A stretch of DNA of 64,000 nt from the IMG/VR virus record IMGVR_UViG_3300024978_000122. The stretch is one strand, 5' to 3'. Under the pieces are notes generated by a model that worked only from the letters and a program-made list of their open reading frames with translations, was not told the DNA's origin and did no database searches. Made by a program: the position numbers and the translations under genes. Of the stretch, positions 15,636-24,459 are shown one piece after another; positions within the stretch are counted from its first letter, which is position 1, and each line of letters starts with the position of its first letter. This stretch comes from a virus.

Positions 15636-17635
15636 TGGCCGAGAGAGATCAAACCCGCACCTACAGCCGCAAGGAAAGCGTCGTCTTCCTCAAGACCGAC
15701 GAGCCGTTCGGCGGCCTGTCCAACATGGCGGGGGGCTACCCGATCCATGTGAACGGGGTGCGGATACTGACCTCCGAAGCGCTGTATCAGGTCTGCCGCT
15801 TTCCGCATCTTCCCGACGTGCAGAAGCTGATCATCGGCCAGGTCAGCCCGATGACGGCCAAGATGCGGAGCAAGCCTTACCGCAAGGACTCGCGCCCGGA
15901 TTGGGATCAGGTGCGCGTGCGCATCATGCGCTGGAGCCTGCGCATGAAGCTGGCCAACAACTGGAACACCTTCAGTGCGCTGCTGCTGAAAACCGGCGAC
16001 CGGCCCATCGTCGAGGAGTCGCGCAAGGACGCATTTTGGGGAGCCAAGGTCGTTGACGACGGCGACACCCTGGTCGGCATGAACGTCTTGGGCAGGCTGC
16101 TGATGGAGTTGCGCGAGCAGGTGAAGCAGCAGGGGCGCGACGCAGCCCTCGATATCGCACCGCCGGACATTCCGCAGTTCCTGCTGTTCGGGCGGCCGAT
16201 TGAAGTGGCAGTGGGCGTGCCAACGCCGCAGGCCGTCGAAGCACAGGAGCAAGGCTCCCTATTCGGTGCGGACACAGCCGCCGCCGTCGAGGCTGTGGCT
16301 GCTCGGGCACCGGTTGCTCAGGCCAAGACGGTCTATGAAGCCTATCGCGCATCGGGTCTGCCTTGGGTGCCGCATGTACCAGAAGGCTGGCAGGTGCTGC
16401 GCAATGGCCGCCTGTTCGGTCATCGCGTCGAAACCGGTTATCCCGACTTGCCGATTCTCGAAGTTTCGCTGCGCACCGGCGTGCGCGTGCGCGACATGGA
16501 ACATGGCAAGCGCAAGCAGGTGATGAGCCAGAAGGAGAACTACAAGCGCGCGGTCAAGGGTGACATCGCCTACAACATGATGCGCATGTGGCAAGGCGCG
16601 GTCGGCCCTGCTCCGGTCGACGGCTTGGTGAGTCCGGCCTATGTCGTGGTCAAGCCGTTCGCCGAAGCCAACAGCGCCTATTACAGCTACCTGTTCCGCA
16701 CGCAGGCGTACATGCGCGAGGTCAACAAGTTCTCGCGCGGCATCGTGGCCGACCGCAACAGGCTGTATTGGGAATCCTTCAAGCAGATGCCTTCGCTCGT
16801 GCCCCCGCGCCCGGAGCAAGACCAGATCGTCGCCTACCTGCGCGCGCAGGATGCCCACATCGCCCGCTTCATCAAGGCCAAGCGTGATCTCATCGCGCTG
16901 ATGGCCGAGAAACGAAGTGTCCTTGCAGAGCGTGCGATTTCATCAGCGGACACGCAATACCTTCGACTAGACCGAGTCGTCTCGCTTCTGGCAACGCCAA
17001 TCACCAGGGAGCCGAAGGCGACTTACACCCCGATTGGCATGTTCAACCGTGGGCGCGGCATCTTCCACAAGCCATTGACCGAAGGAAAGCATCTTGGGGA
17101 TTCGACATTCTTCCGAATCGGAAAGGGCGACCTGGTATTCAGTGGGCAGTTCGCTTGGGAAGGTGCTATTGCTGTCGCAAGTGCAGAAGATGAAGGGTGC
17201 ATTGCGTCCCATCGCTACCCGATTGCCAAGTGCAAACTGGATGCTGTCACGCCGGAGTATCTCTACACGTTCTTCTTGAGCAAGGCTGGCGACCTGATTC
17301 TCAACCATCATTCACGCGGCGCAGCGGGACGCAATCGCCCGCTGAATCCGCGCTCGCTGTTAAAGGAGAAGATTCCGGTTCCGCCGCTGCATCGGCAACG
17401 CGAAGTTTCCGATTTCCTCTATGAAGAACTATCGGTGCGCCGCGAGATAGAGAAGGAAATTGCCTTGATCCGCGAATACCGCGACCGCCTGATTGCTGAC
17501 GCCGTCACCGGCCAGGTTGACCTGCGCGGCTGGCGGCCCGGCCCGGACGATGCCGTCAGCGACGACGATCTTGCTGCGCTGGGCGACGATGAAGCCGCAC
17601 CCACCGAGGAGGATGCCGATGGCGAAGAAAACTGA
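15635..17635 (+). CDS. hsdS: NADAR (YbiA-like) domain fused to type I specificity subunit HsdS
   Basis: N-terminal LSNM..TSEALYQ..SPMTAK..DW..VM..TGDRPIVEES..DAFWG..GMNVLGRLLMELRE is NADAR. From about 16334, YRASGLPWVPHVPEGW, PPRPEQDQIV and REYRDRLIADAVTGQVDLR are HsdS. One continuous frame. Confidence 0.92.
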   Translation: MAERDQTRTYSRKESVVFLKTDEPFGGLSNMAGGYPIHVNGVRILTSEALYQVCRFPHLPDVQKLIIGQVSPMTAKMRSKPYRKDSRPDWDQVRVRIMRWSLRMKLANNWNTFSALLLKTGDRPIVEESRKDAFWGAKVVDDGDTLVGMNVLGRLLMELREQVKQQGRDAALDIAPPDIPQFLLFGRPIEVAVGVPTPQAVEAQEQGSLFGADTAAAVEAVAARAPVAQAKTVYEAYRASGLPWVPHVPEGWQVLRNGRLFGHRVETGYPDLPILEVSLRTGVRVRDMEHGKRKQVMSQKENYKRAVKGDIAYNMMRMWQGAVGPAPVDGLVSPAYVVVKPFAEANSAYYSYLFRTQAYMREVNKFSRGIVADRNRLYWESFKQMPSLVPPRPEQDQIVAYLRAQDAHIARFIKAKRDLIALMAEKRSVLAERAISSADTQYLRLDRVVSLLATPITREPKATYTPIGMFNRGRGIFHKPLTEGKHLGDSTFFRIGKGDLVFSGQFAWEGAIAVASAEDEGCIASHRYPIAKCKLDAVTPEYLYTFFLSKAGDLILNHHSRGAAGRNRPLNPRSLLKEKIPVPPLHRQREVSDFLYEELSVRREIEKEIALIREYRDRLIADAVTGQVDLRGWRPGPDDAVSDDDLAALGDDEAAPTEEDADGEEN

Positions 17636-18764
17636 CACCAAAATTGTGTCGACACCGCCGACACAATCTGCCGCCCTGCAAGCTGCGGGACAAATGGCCG
17701 CTCTACCCACCACCGGGCAAGGCGAGTTTCTGCTCTACCAGACCGAGGACGCCCAGACCCGCGTGCAGGTGCGCTTTGAGGCGGGTGACGTGTGGCTGAC
17801 CCAGCAGCAGTTGGCCGATCTTTATCAAAGCTCGCCACAGAACATCACCCAGCACATCCGCGCCATCTACCAGACCGGGGAATTGCAGGAGGCGGCAACT
17901 TGTAAGCCGTACTTACAAGTTCGGCAGGAGCGCGGTCGGCAGGTCAGCCGCAGCCTCAAGCACTACAACCTGGAGGTGGCGCTGGCCATCGGCTACCGGG
18001 TGAAGTCGCACCGTGGCACGCAGTTCCGCCGCTGGGCCACGGAGCAGCTCAAGACCTATTTGCGCAAAGGCGTGCTGCTGGACGATGAGCGCTTCAAGCG
18101 CGGTGACGACGCCGAGTATTTCGAGGAGCTGCTGGCGCGCATCCGCGACATTCGCTCGTCGGAAAAGGTGTTCTGGCGCAAGGTGCTGGACATCTACGCC
18201 ACCAGCCTGGACTACGACCCGCACACCGAAACCTCGCAGCAGTTCTTTGCCACGGTGCAGAACAAGATGCACTGGGCGGCGCACGGCCACACGGCGGCCG
18301 AGCTGATCGTGCAGCGTGTGGACGCCAAGGCGCAGAACATGGGCCTGACCAGCTGGGCCGCTGCCAGCAAGGGCGGGCCGGTACGCAAGGCGGACGTGGG
18401 CATCGCCAAGAACTACCTGAATGCCGAAGAACTGGACACGCTCAATCGCATCGTCACGGCCTATATCGAGGTGGCGGAATTGCAGGCGCAGGCGCATCAG
18501 CCCATGACCATGCGCGATTGGGCAACAGAGCTGGACAACTTCCTGCGCCTGACCCGCAAGGACATCCTGACTCACGCTGGCAAGGTGCCAGCCAAGTCGG
18601 CGCTGGCCAAGGCCGAAGCGGCCTATGCCGAATATCAGGCGCGGGTTCGCAACCTGCCGTCACCGGTGGAAAAGGACTTCGAGGCGGCCATCGCGCAGCC
18701 GGTGAAGCAGTTGGAGAAGGGCCGAAAAGCCCTGCCAAGGCCGAAAAAGAGAGGTGACGCATGA
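17619..18764 (+). CDS. rhuM: RhuM-family DNA-binding protein
   Basis: GEFLLYQTEDA..VWLTQQQLADLY..HYNLEVALAIGYRVKSHRGTQFRRWAT..FFATVQNKMHWA. Confidence 0.9.
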   Translation: MAKKTDTKIVSTPPTQSAALQAAGQMAALPTTGQGEFLLYQTEDAQTRVQVRFEAGDVWLTQQQLADLYQSSPQNITQHIRAIYQTGELQEAATCKPYLQVRQERGRQVSRSLKHYNLEVALAIGYRVKSHRGTQFRRWATEQLKTYLRKGVLLDDERFKRGDDAEYFEELLARIRDIRSSEKVFWRKVLDIYATSLDYDPHTETSQQFFATVQNKMHWAAHGHTAAELIVQRVDAKAQNMGLTSWAAASKGGPVRKADVGIAKNYLNAEELDTLNRIVTAYIEVAELQAQAHQPMTMRDWATELDNFLRLTRKDILTHAGKVPAKSALAKAEAAYAEYQARVRNLPSPVEKDFEAAIAQPVKQLEKGRKALPRPKKRGDA

Positions 18765-21700
18765 CCCGCCCCACCGACACCAGCGAATTGGGCCTGGAAC
18801 GGCTGATCGTGCGCCATCTGGCGGGCATCAGCGCACATCCGCCCGTTGCGCCCAACACGGCGCAGGAGCCGGTGTCGGTGTATGGGCCGGGTGGCTACGT
18901 GCTGGGCCGGGCGAGTGACTACAACCGCGACGTGGCGCTGGACGTGGCGAAGCTGCTGGAGTTCTTGCAAGCCACACAGCCCAGGGCGGTAGAAACGCTG
19001 AATCTGGCCAGCGAGGGCATCCAGCGCACGCAGTTTCTGCACCGACTGCAAGGCGAGATCGCCAAGCGCGGCGTAGTGGACTGTTTGCGCCGTGGCGTGA
19101 GCCACGGGCCGGTGACGGTCGATCTCTACAAGCTGCTGCCCACGCCGGGCAACGCCGCTGCCAGCGAAGCCTTCGCCAAGAACATCTTCAGCGTCACCCG
19201 GCAGGTGCGCTACAGCAACGACTCCGGCAACGAGCTGGACTTGGTGGTCTTCATCAACGGCCTGCCGGTGTTGACCTTCGAGTTGAAAAATTCGCTGACC
19301 AAGCAGACGGTGGCCGATGCCATCGTCCAGTACCAGACCACGCGCGATCCGAAGGAGTTGCTGTTCCAGTCCGGTCGCTGCGTTGCGCACATGGCGGTGG
19401 ACGACGCCGAGGTGCGCTTCTGCACCGAGTTGAAGGGCAAGGCCTCGTGGTTCCTGCCTTTCAACCAGGGCTGGAACAGCGGTGCGGGCAATCCACCAAA
19501 CCCCAACGGCATCAAAACCGACTACCTGTGGAAGCAGGTGCTGGCGAAGGAGTCGCTGGCGAACATCATCGAGAACTACGCACAGGTGGTGGAGGACGAG
19601 GAGGAAGACGCCAGCGGCAGGCGGCGCAAGACCCGCAAGCCGGTGTTTCCGCGCTTTCACCAGTTGCGCACAGTACGTGCCCTGCTGCGCCGTTCGCGCG
19701 CCGACGGTGTGGGCCAGCGTTACCTGATCCAGCACTCTGCGGGCAGCGGCAAGAGCAACACCATTGCATGGCTGGCACACCAGTTGGTGGAGCTGAAGAC
19801 GGCGGCGGATGCAATGCAGGCGCAGTTCGATTCGGTCATCGTCATCACCGACCGGCGTGCGCTGGACACCCAGATCCACAAGACCATCAAGGGCTACGAC
19901 CATGTGGCCTCGATCCTCGGCCATTCGGACAATGCGCAAGAACTGCGCGACTTCCTGCGCCGGGGCAAGAAGATCATCGTCACCACGGTGCAGAAGTTCC
20001 CCTTCATCCTCGACGAACTGGGCGACTTGGGCGACCGGAAGTTCGCGCTGCTGATCGACGAGGCCCATTCCAGTCAGGGCGGCAAGACCACGGCCAAGAT
20101 GCATCAGGCCCTTGGGGGCTCAGTGGGTGGTTCGGTCGGCGGCAAGACCGACGAGGAAGCGTTCGAGGAAGGCTCCACGCAGGATGCGGTGAATGCGGAA
20201 ATCGAAAAGCGCATTGCATCGCGCAAGCTGCTGACCAACGCCAGCTACTACGCCTTCACCGCCACGCCGAAGACCAGGACGCTGGAGTTGTTCGGCGAAC
20301 GGGTGACGGTGGGCGACAAGGTGCAGTTCCGCTCGCCGGAGGAACTGACCTACACCACCAAGCAGGCGATACAAGAGGGTTTCATCCTCGACGTGATCGC
20401 CAACTACACGCCGGTGGACAGCTTTTACCACGTCGCCAAGACCATAGAAGACGATCCGCAAGTGGACAAGCTGAAGGCGCTGAAGAAAATCCGGCGCTAC
20501 GTCGAGTCGCACGACAAGGCCATTCGCCGCAAGGCGGAGATCATGGTCGATCACTTCACCGCGCAGGTGATCGGCGCGAAGAAGGTCGGAGGCAAGGCGC
20601 GGGCGATGATCGTCTGCAACGGTATCGCGCGCGCCATCGACTACTTCCGCGAGGTGTCGGACTACCTTGCCGAGATCAAGAGTCCGTACATGGCCATCGT
20701 TGCGTATTCGGGTGACGTCGAGATGGGCGGATCGAAGAAGACCGAGGCAGACCTCAACGGCTTTCCAAGCAAGGACATTCCGGCCAAGCTGAAGCTCGAC
20801 CCGTATCGGTTCCTGATCGTCGCCAACAAGTTCGTCACCGGCTTCGACGAACCGTTGCTGCACACCATGTACGTGGACAAGCCGCTGGCGGGCGTACTGG
20901 CGGTGCAGACCTTGTCGCGCTTGAACCGGGCGCACCCGCAGAAGGCGGACACCTTCGTTCTCGACTTCGCCGACAACGCCGAAGCGGTGAAGGGGGCGTT
21001 TCAGGAGTACTACCGCGCGACGATTCAGGACGGCGAAACCGACCCGAACAAGTTGCACGACCTCAAGGGCGAGCTGGACGCGCAGCAGGTTTACAGCGGC
21101 AGCCAAGTGGACGACTTGGTGGCGCTGTATCTGTCCGGAGCCGACCGCGAAAAGCTCGACCCCATTCTCGATGTCTGCGTGGCCGAGTACGTCAGCAAGC
21201 TCGGCGAGGACGAACAGGTCAAGTTCAAAGGCAAGGCCAAGGCGTTCGTTCGCAGCTACGGCTTCCTCTCCGCGATCCTTCCCTACGGGCATCCGGCATG
21301 GGAGAAGCTGTCGATCTTCCTGAATTTCCTGACGCCGAAGCTACCCGCGCCGAAGGAGGAAGACCTCTCCAAAGGCGTGCTGGAGGCCATCGACATGGAC
21401 AGCTACCGTGCGCAGGCGCAGGCGGCGATGAAGATGGCGCTGGACGACGCGGACGCCTTGGTCGAACCGCCGCCGCCCGGCGGTGGCGGTGGCAGTGGCG
21501 AGCCGGACTTGGACAGGCTCTCGAACGTGATCAAACAGTTCAATGACCTGTTCGGCAACATCGAGTGGCACGACGCGGACAAGATCAAAAAGGTCATCAC
21601 CGAAGAAATCCCCGCGCGCGTGGCGCAGGACAAGGCGTATCAGAACGCACAGGCCCACTCCGGCAAGCAGAACGCGCGGCTGGAGCACGACCGGGCGCTG

Positions 21701-21862
21701 GGCCGCGTGGTGCTAGAGCTGCTGGACGACCACACCGAGCTGTTCAAGCAGTTCAGTGATAACCAGAATTTCAAACGCTGGCTGGCGGACATGGTGTTCG
21801 ACTCCACCTATCGCCCCGGTGCAACGCCGCCAGCGCGGCCGCAGCCCGACGCTCCGGCGTGA
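18761..21862 (+). CDS. hsdR: Type I RM restriction subunit R
   Basis: Nuclease DLVVFINGLP..ELKN, Walker A QHSAGSGKS, DEAH box, FTATPK, TGFDEP, QTLSRLNR. Confidence 0.97.
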   Translation: MTRPTDTSELGLERLIVRHLAGISAHPPVAPNTAQEPVSVYGPGGYVLGRASDYNRDVALDVAKLLEFLQATQPRAVETLNLASEGIQRTQFLHRLQGEIAKRGVVDCLRRGVSHGPVTVDLYKLLPTPGNAAASEAFAKNIFSVTRQVRYSNDSGNELDLVVFINGLPVLTFELKNSLTKQTVADAIVQYQTTRDPKELLFQSGRCVAHMAVDDAEVRFCTELKGKASWFLPFNQGWNSGAGNPPNPNGIKTDYLWKQVLAKESLANIIENYAQVVEDEEEDASGRRRKTRKPVFPRFHQLRTVRALLRRSRADGVGQRYLIQHSAGSGKSNTIAWLAHQLVELKTAADAMQAQFDSVIVITDRRALDTQIHKTIKGYDHVASILGHSDNAQELRDFLRRGKKIIVTTVQKFPFILDELGDLGDRKFALLIDEAHSSQGGKTTAKMHQALGGSVGGSVGGKTDEEAFEEGSTQDAVNAEIEKRIASRKLLTNASYYAFTATPKTRTLELFGERVTVGDKVQFRSPEELTYTTKQAIQEGFILDVIANYTPVDSFYHVAKTIEDDPQVDKLKALKKIRRYVESHDKAIRRKAEIMVDHFTAQVIGAKKVGGKARAMIVCNGIARAIDYFREVSDYLAEIKSPYMAIVAYSGDVEMGGSKKTEADLNGFPSKDIPAKLKLDPYRFLIVANKFVTGFDEPLLHTMYVDKPLAGVLAVQTLSRLNRAHPQKADTFVLDFADNAEAVKGAFQEYYRATIQDGETDPNKLHDLKGELDAQQVYSGSQVDDLVALYLSGADREKLDPILDVCVAEYVSKLGEDEQVKFKGKAKAFVRSYGFLSAILPYGHPAWEKLSIFLNFLTPKLPAPKEEDLSKGVLEAIDMDSYRAQAQAAMKMALDDADALVEPPPPGGGGGSGEPDLDRLSNVIKQFNDLFGNIEWHDADKIKKVITEEIPARVAQDKAYQNAQAHSGKQNARLEHDRALGRVVLELLDDHTELFKQFSDNQNFKRWLADMVFDSTYRPGATPPARPQPDAPA

Positions 21863-21884
21863 GTGACATCCGAGGAGTGATGCA

Positions 21885-22826
21885 ATGGCATTGAATCTGG
21901 CGAAAGTTCTGATTGCCTACTTGAAGGATCGGCCCGAGGAGAAGTTCACCGCAAGGCAGATCGCCGAGTGGGTGTTCGCCACGTTTCCGGCCGAGTGTCA
22001 GGCAAAGAAGGCAAGCAGCAAGTTCATCACCAACGATGCCGAGCTGGTGCAGCAGTTGGTCGCCGAGATCAGCTCGCAGCGCCCCGTCTTGCAAAAACGT
22101 CACCTGGAGTTGAAAACGACCGAAGGACGGCCGCGTAAGTACTACTACTCGGAGCGGACGGACAGTGCCGAGGTGGCAGCGGTCGAAAGCGCAGGAACGA
22201 CGTCGGCAGCGGATGCGAGCGCATCGAAGGTCGACGAGCACGCCTTGTATCCGCTGCTGTCGCAGTATCTGTGGGAGGAGTTCGGTGTGTTCTCCAAACG
22301 CATCGACGAGAAGCGTTCGTCGAACAAGCGCGGCCCCAACGGCAACCGCTGGTTGTACCCGGATGTGGTCGGCATGGAAGATCTGGGCGCGGACTGGCAC
22401 CAGGAGGTGCGCGACTGCGTTAACCAGTATTCCGACAAGCGCACCAAGCTGTGGTCGTTCGAGGCCAAGCTGCTGATCAACCGTTCGAACGTGCGTGAGT
22501 GCTTTTTTCAGGCGGTGTCGAATTCGTCGTGGGCCAATTTCGGCTATTTGGTCGCGGCGGAGATCGGCGGCACCGATACGCTGAAGGAACTGCGGATGCT
22601 GTTCGCCGCCCACGGCATCGGCTTCATCAAGCTGGACGTGGACAACCCTGCCGACAGTCAGGTGCTGATTCCGGCGCGCGAGCGCGACGAGATCGATTGG
22701 GACATGGCCAATCGGCTGGCCACGGAGAACCGAGATTTTCTGGAATACGTGAAGCTGGTGAAGCAGTTCTACCAGACCGGCGAGGCGCGCCCAGCGGACT
22801 GGGACGTTCCCGAACTGGACGATTGA
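21885..22826 (+). CDS. COG2958/HrgA-like protein: wHTH plus restriction-endonuclease-like domain
   Basis: N-terminal wHTH (TARQIAEW..TTEGRPRKYYY). C-terminal EHALYP..WLYPDVVG..SFEAK..FFQAVSNSSWANFGYLVA. Confidence 0.75.
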   Translation: MALNLAKVLIAYLKDRPEEKFTARQIAEWVFATFPAECQAKKASSKFITNDAELVQQLVAEISSQRPVLQKRHLELKTTEGRPRKYYYSERTDSAEVAAVESAGTTSAADASASKVDEHALYPLLSQYLWEEFGVFSKRIDEKRSSNKRGPNGNRWLYPDVVGMEDLGADWHQEVRDCVNQYSDKRTKLWSFEAKLLINRSNVRECFFQAVSNSSWANFGYLVAAEIGGTDTLKELRMLFAAHGIGFIKLDVDNPADSQVLIPARERDEIDWDMANRLATENRDFLEYVKLVKQFYQTGEARPADWDVPELDD

Positions 22827-22830
22827 CCGC

Positions 22831-23121
22831 CTATTCCAGGTGGCCGACGACGTCGAGGCGTTCGTCGCCGCGCTGAAACGCGCCGAACCAGCCGTCACGC
22901 GAGTCGGCGCGGGTGCGGCTCACCAGCAGCGTGAACCCCTCGCAGCCGCGCCCTTTGGCGGTGGCGAAGTCGGTGGTGTCGAATTTGGCCTCGCGCACCA
23001 ACGTCGTGGCCACCGACTTCATGGCCGATTCGAACAGGTCGAGCAGATGGTCTTGCAGGCTGGCGTCGATGTTGCGCGAGGTCACGTCGTCGATGACGGC
23101 ATGCTTGAATCGGTTACTCAT
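22831..23121 (-). CDS. Hypothetical moron-like protein downstream of the lysis cassette
   Basis: 96-aa ORF with GGAG RBS, preceded by a copy of the recurrent phage promoter-like motif. Confidence 0.65.
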   Translation of the reverse strand: MSNRFKHAVIDDVTSRNIDASLQDHLLDLFESAMKSVATTLVREAKFDTTDFATAKGRGCEGFTLLVSRTRADSRDGWFGAFQRGDERLDVVGHLE

Positions 23122-23151
23122 GGTCAATGCTCCGTGGTGGGTACGGATGTC

Positions 23152-23182
23152 ATGAACGCGCTGTTCGAGATGGAAGCCAAGC
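23152..23182 (-). promoter_or_regulatory. Recurrent promoter-like motif, copy 1
   Basis: Minus strand GCTTGGCTTCCATCTCGAACAGCGCGTTCAT, matching copies at 48735, 49037 and 49653. Confidence 0.6.
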
Positions 23183-23228
23183 GCATTCGGATGGAACGAT
23201 CAGGTGTTGCGAAGTCGCCCAGCGCTGA

Positions 23229-23726
23229 CTACTTGGCGGTGGATGCCATCTCGCTGACCCACGCCTGCAACGCCCTCAGTTGCTCGGCGTTCTCATGGCA
23301 GGTCTGGTAGTTGGCGGCAACGGTTGCAGCGACGGCAGAGAGCGCAATGCCTGCGGCGGCCGCATCAGCATCTCGGGCGGGCTCGGGCAGTCGACCTTCG
23401 GCGGCAGCGTCGTGCAGGCGCACAAAGCCACGGTTGATAGTGCAAGCAGCATCGGCTTGTACTGGCACATAGACGGGAATCTCCTTGATGATGGTGTCGC
23501 CGTTCTCGCGGACGATGCGGACGCGGTCGACGTACCGGGTGACGACCTTGACGGTGGCCTGCGCTTGTCGCTCGCGGACTTCGGCGGCCTGCAAGGTTTG
23601 CTTCTGGACGGCGGCGTCCCACCGGGCCTGAACGTGACCCGCGCCCTTGATCCAGCCGAAGCCGATCAGTGCGGCGGCGAGCAGGACGAGAGCCAGCCAG
23701 CGGTACGGCCACGGAATCAAGTTCAT
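23229..23726 (-). CDS. Rz: Rz-like inner-membrane spanin
   Basis: N-terminal TM (WLALVLLAAALIGFGW), coiled-coil periplasmic part, directly after the endolysin (ATGA). Confidence 0.75.
   Translation of the reverse strand: MNLIPWPYRWLALVLLAAALIGFGWIKGAGHVQARWDAAVQKQTLQAAEVRERQAQATVKVVTRYVDRVRIVRENGDTIIKEIPVYVPVQADAACTINRGFVRLHDAAAEGRLPEPARDADAAAAGIALSAVAATVAANYQTCHENAEQLRALQAWVSEMASTAK
23276..23470 (-). CDS. Rz1: Rz1-like lipoprotein (o-spanin) embedded out of frame in Rz
   Basis: KPMLLALSTVALCAC lipobox followed by Pro-rich CPSPPEMLMRPPQAL, like lambda Rz1. Confidence 0.65.
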   Translation of the reverse strand: MCQYKPMLLALSTVALCACTTLPPKVDCPSPPEMLMRPPQALRSLPSLQPLPPTTRPAMRTPSN

Positions 23727-24223
23727 GGCGCTTCTCCGACGCACTGGCGGTACTCGGACTGCCGACGCGTGGCCAGTCCGCCGCACTGGCGCGCATTGGC
23801 AGGCAGCGCGCAGTCCTTACCCTGGAAGAAGCGCCAGCGCAGCAGCTCGGCACAGGCTCCGGCGTAGTCATCGGCGTTGAGTTTCCTCACCAGCGTGGAC
23901 TGGCAGAACGCCCGGCTGCCGACGTTGTAGGAGAAGCTCACCAGCGCGTCGTACTCGTGCTGGGCCAGCGGCACGGTCACGCAAGCCTTCAGGGCACCCT
24001 CGAATTGCTGTACGTCGGTGAGCGCGCGGGCCAGCGCCTTCGGCGGCGTGGTGGTGTCGCCCAGCTTCACACCTGTGGTGGTGCCAAAGCCGATGGTCGG
24101 CACATCGCCCTTGACCGGGATCACCGCGCGGTCGGTGTAGCCCTCGTGCAGCACGATGCCGACCAGCGCGGCGGCGGAGAGCGTCAGCGCGGCCACGGTG
24201 CGCCTTTGCGGTGGCCGGATCAT
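23723..24223 (-). CDS. GH24 lysozyme endolysin with N-terminal SAR segment
   Basis: RRTVAALTLSAAALVGIVLH-EG..GDVPTIGFGTT, EYDALVSFSYNVG, GLATRRQSE. Confidence 0.92.
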   Translation of the reverse strand: MIRPPQRRTVAALTLSAAALVGIVLHEGYTDRAVIPVKGDVPTIGFGTTTGVKLGDTTTPPKALARALTDVQQFEGALKACVTVPLAQHEYDALVSFSYNVGSRAFCQSTLVRKLNADDYAGACAELLRWRFFQGKDCALPANARQCGGLATRRQSEYRQCVGEAP

Positions 24224-24459
24224 CGGTGCATCTCCGGCTGCGCCACGATACGTGCCACGGTCGCACCGATGCTGGCAGCGAAGGCCAGCAGCACGAATGC
24301 GCCCCTTGGCATAACGTCCAGCAGCACGTCGCCAAACAGCGGCACCACCACTTCCGCCGCCGTGAAGGCAGCGGCCAGCAGCGAGAAGCGAATACTCCAG
24401 GCCCGTCGCAACACGCGCCGCCAGTCGTCCAGAAGGCAGATCTTCGGCTTGGCGATCAT
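24220..24459 (-). CDS. Putative holin (2 TM)
   Basis: 79 aa, WRRVLRRAWSIRF then two hydrophobic segments, immediately before the endolysin. Confidence 0.6.
   Translation of the reverse strand: MIAKPKICLLDDWRRVLRRAWSIRFSLLAAAFTAAEVVVPLFGDVLLDVMPRGAFVLLAFAASIGATVARIVAQPEMHR

Noticed and set aside
16290-16340. Independent internal start for HsdS (NADAR and HsdS as separate proteins)
   Set aside because: The only nearby GAGG is 2-3 nt from an in-frame GTG and the nearby ATG is out of frame. It is not excluded experimentally, but it is unsupported.
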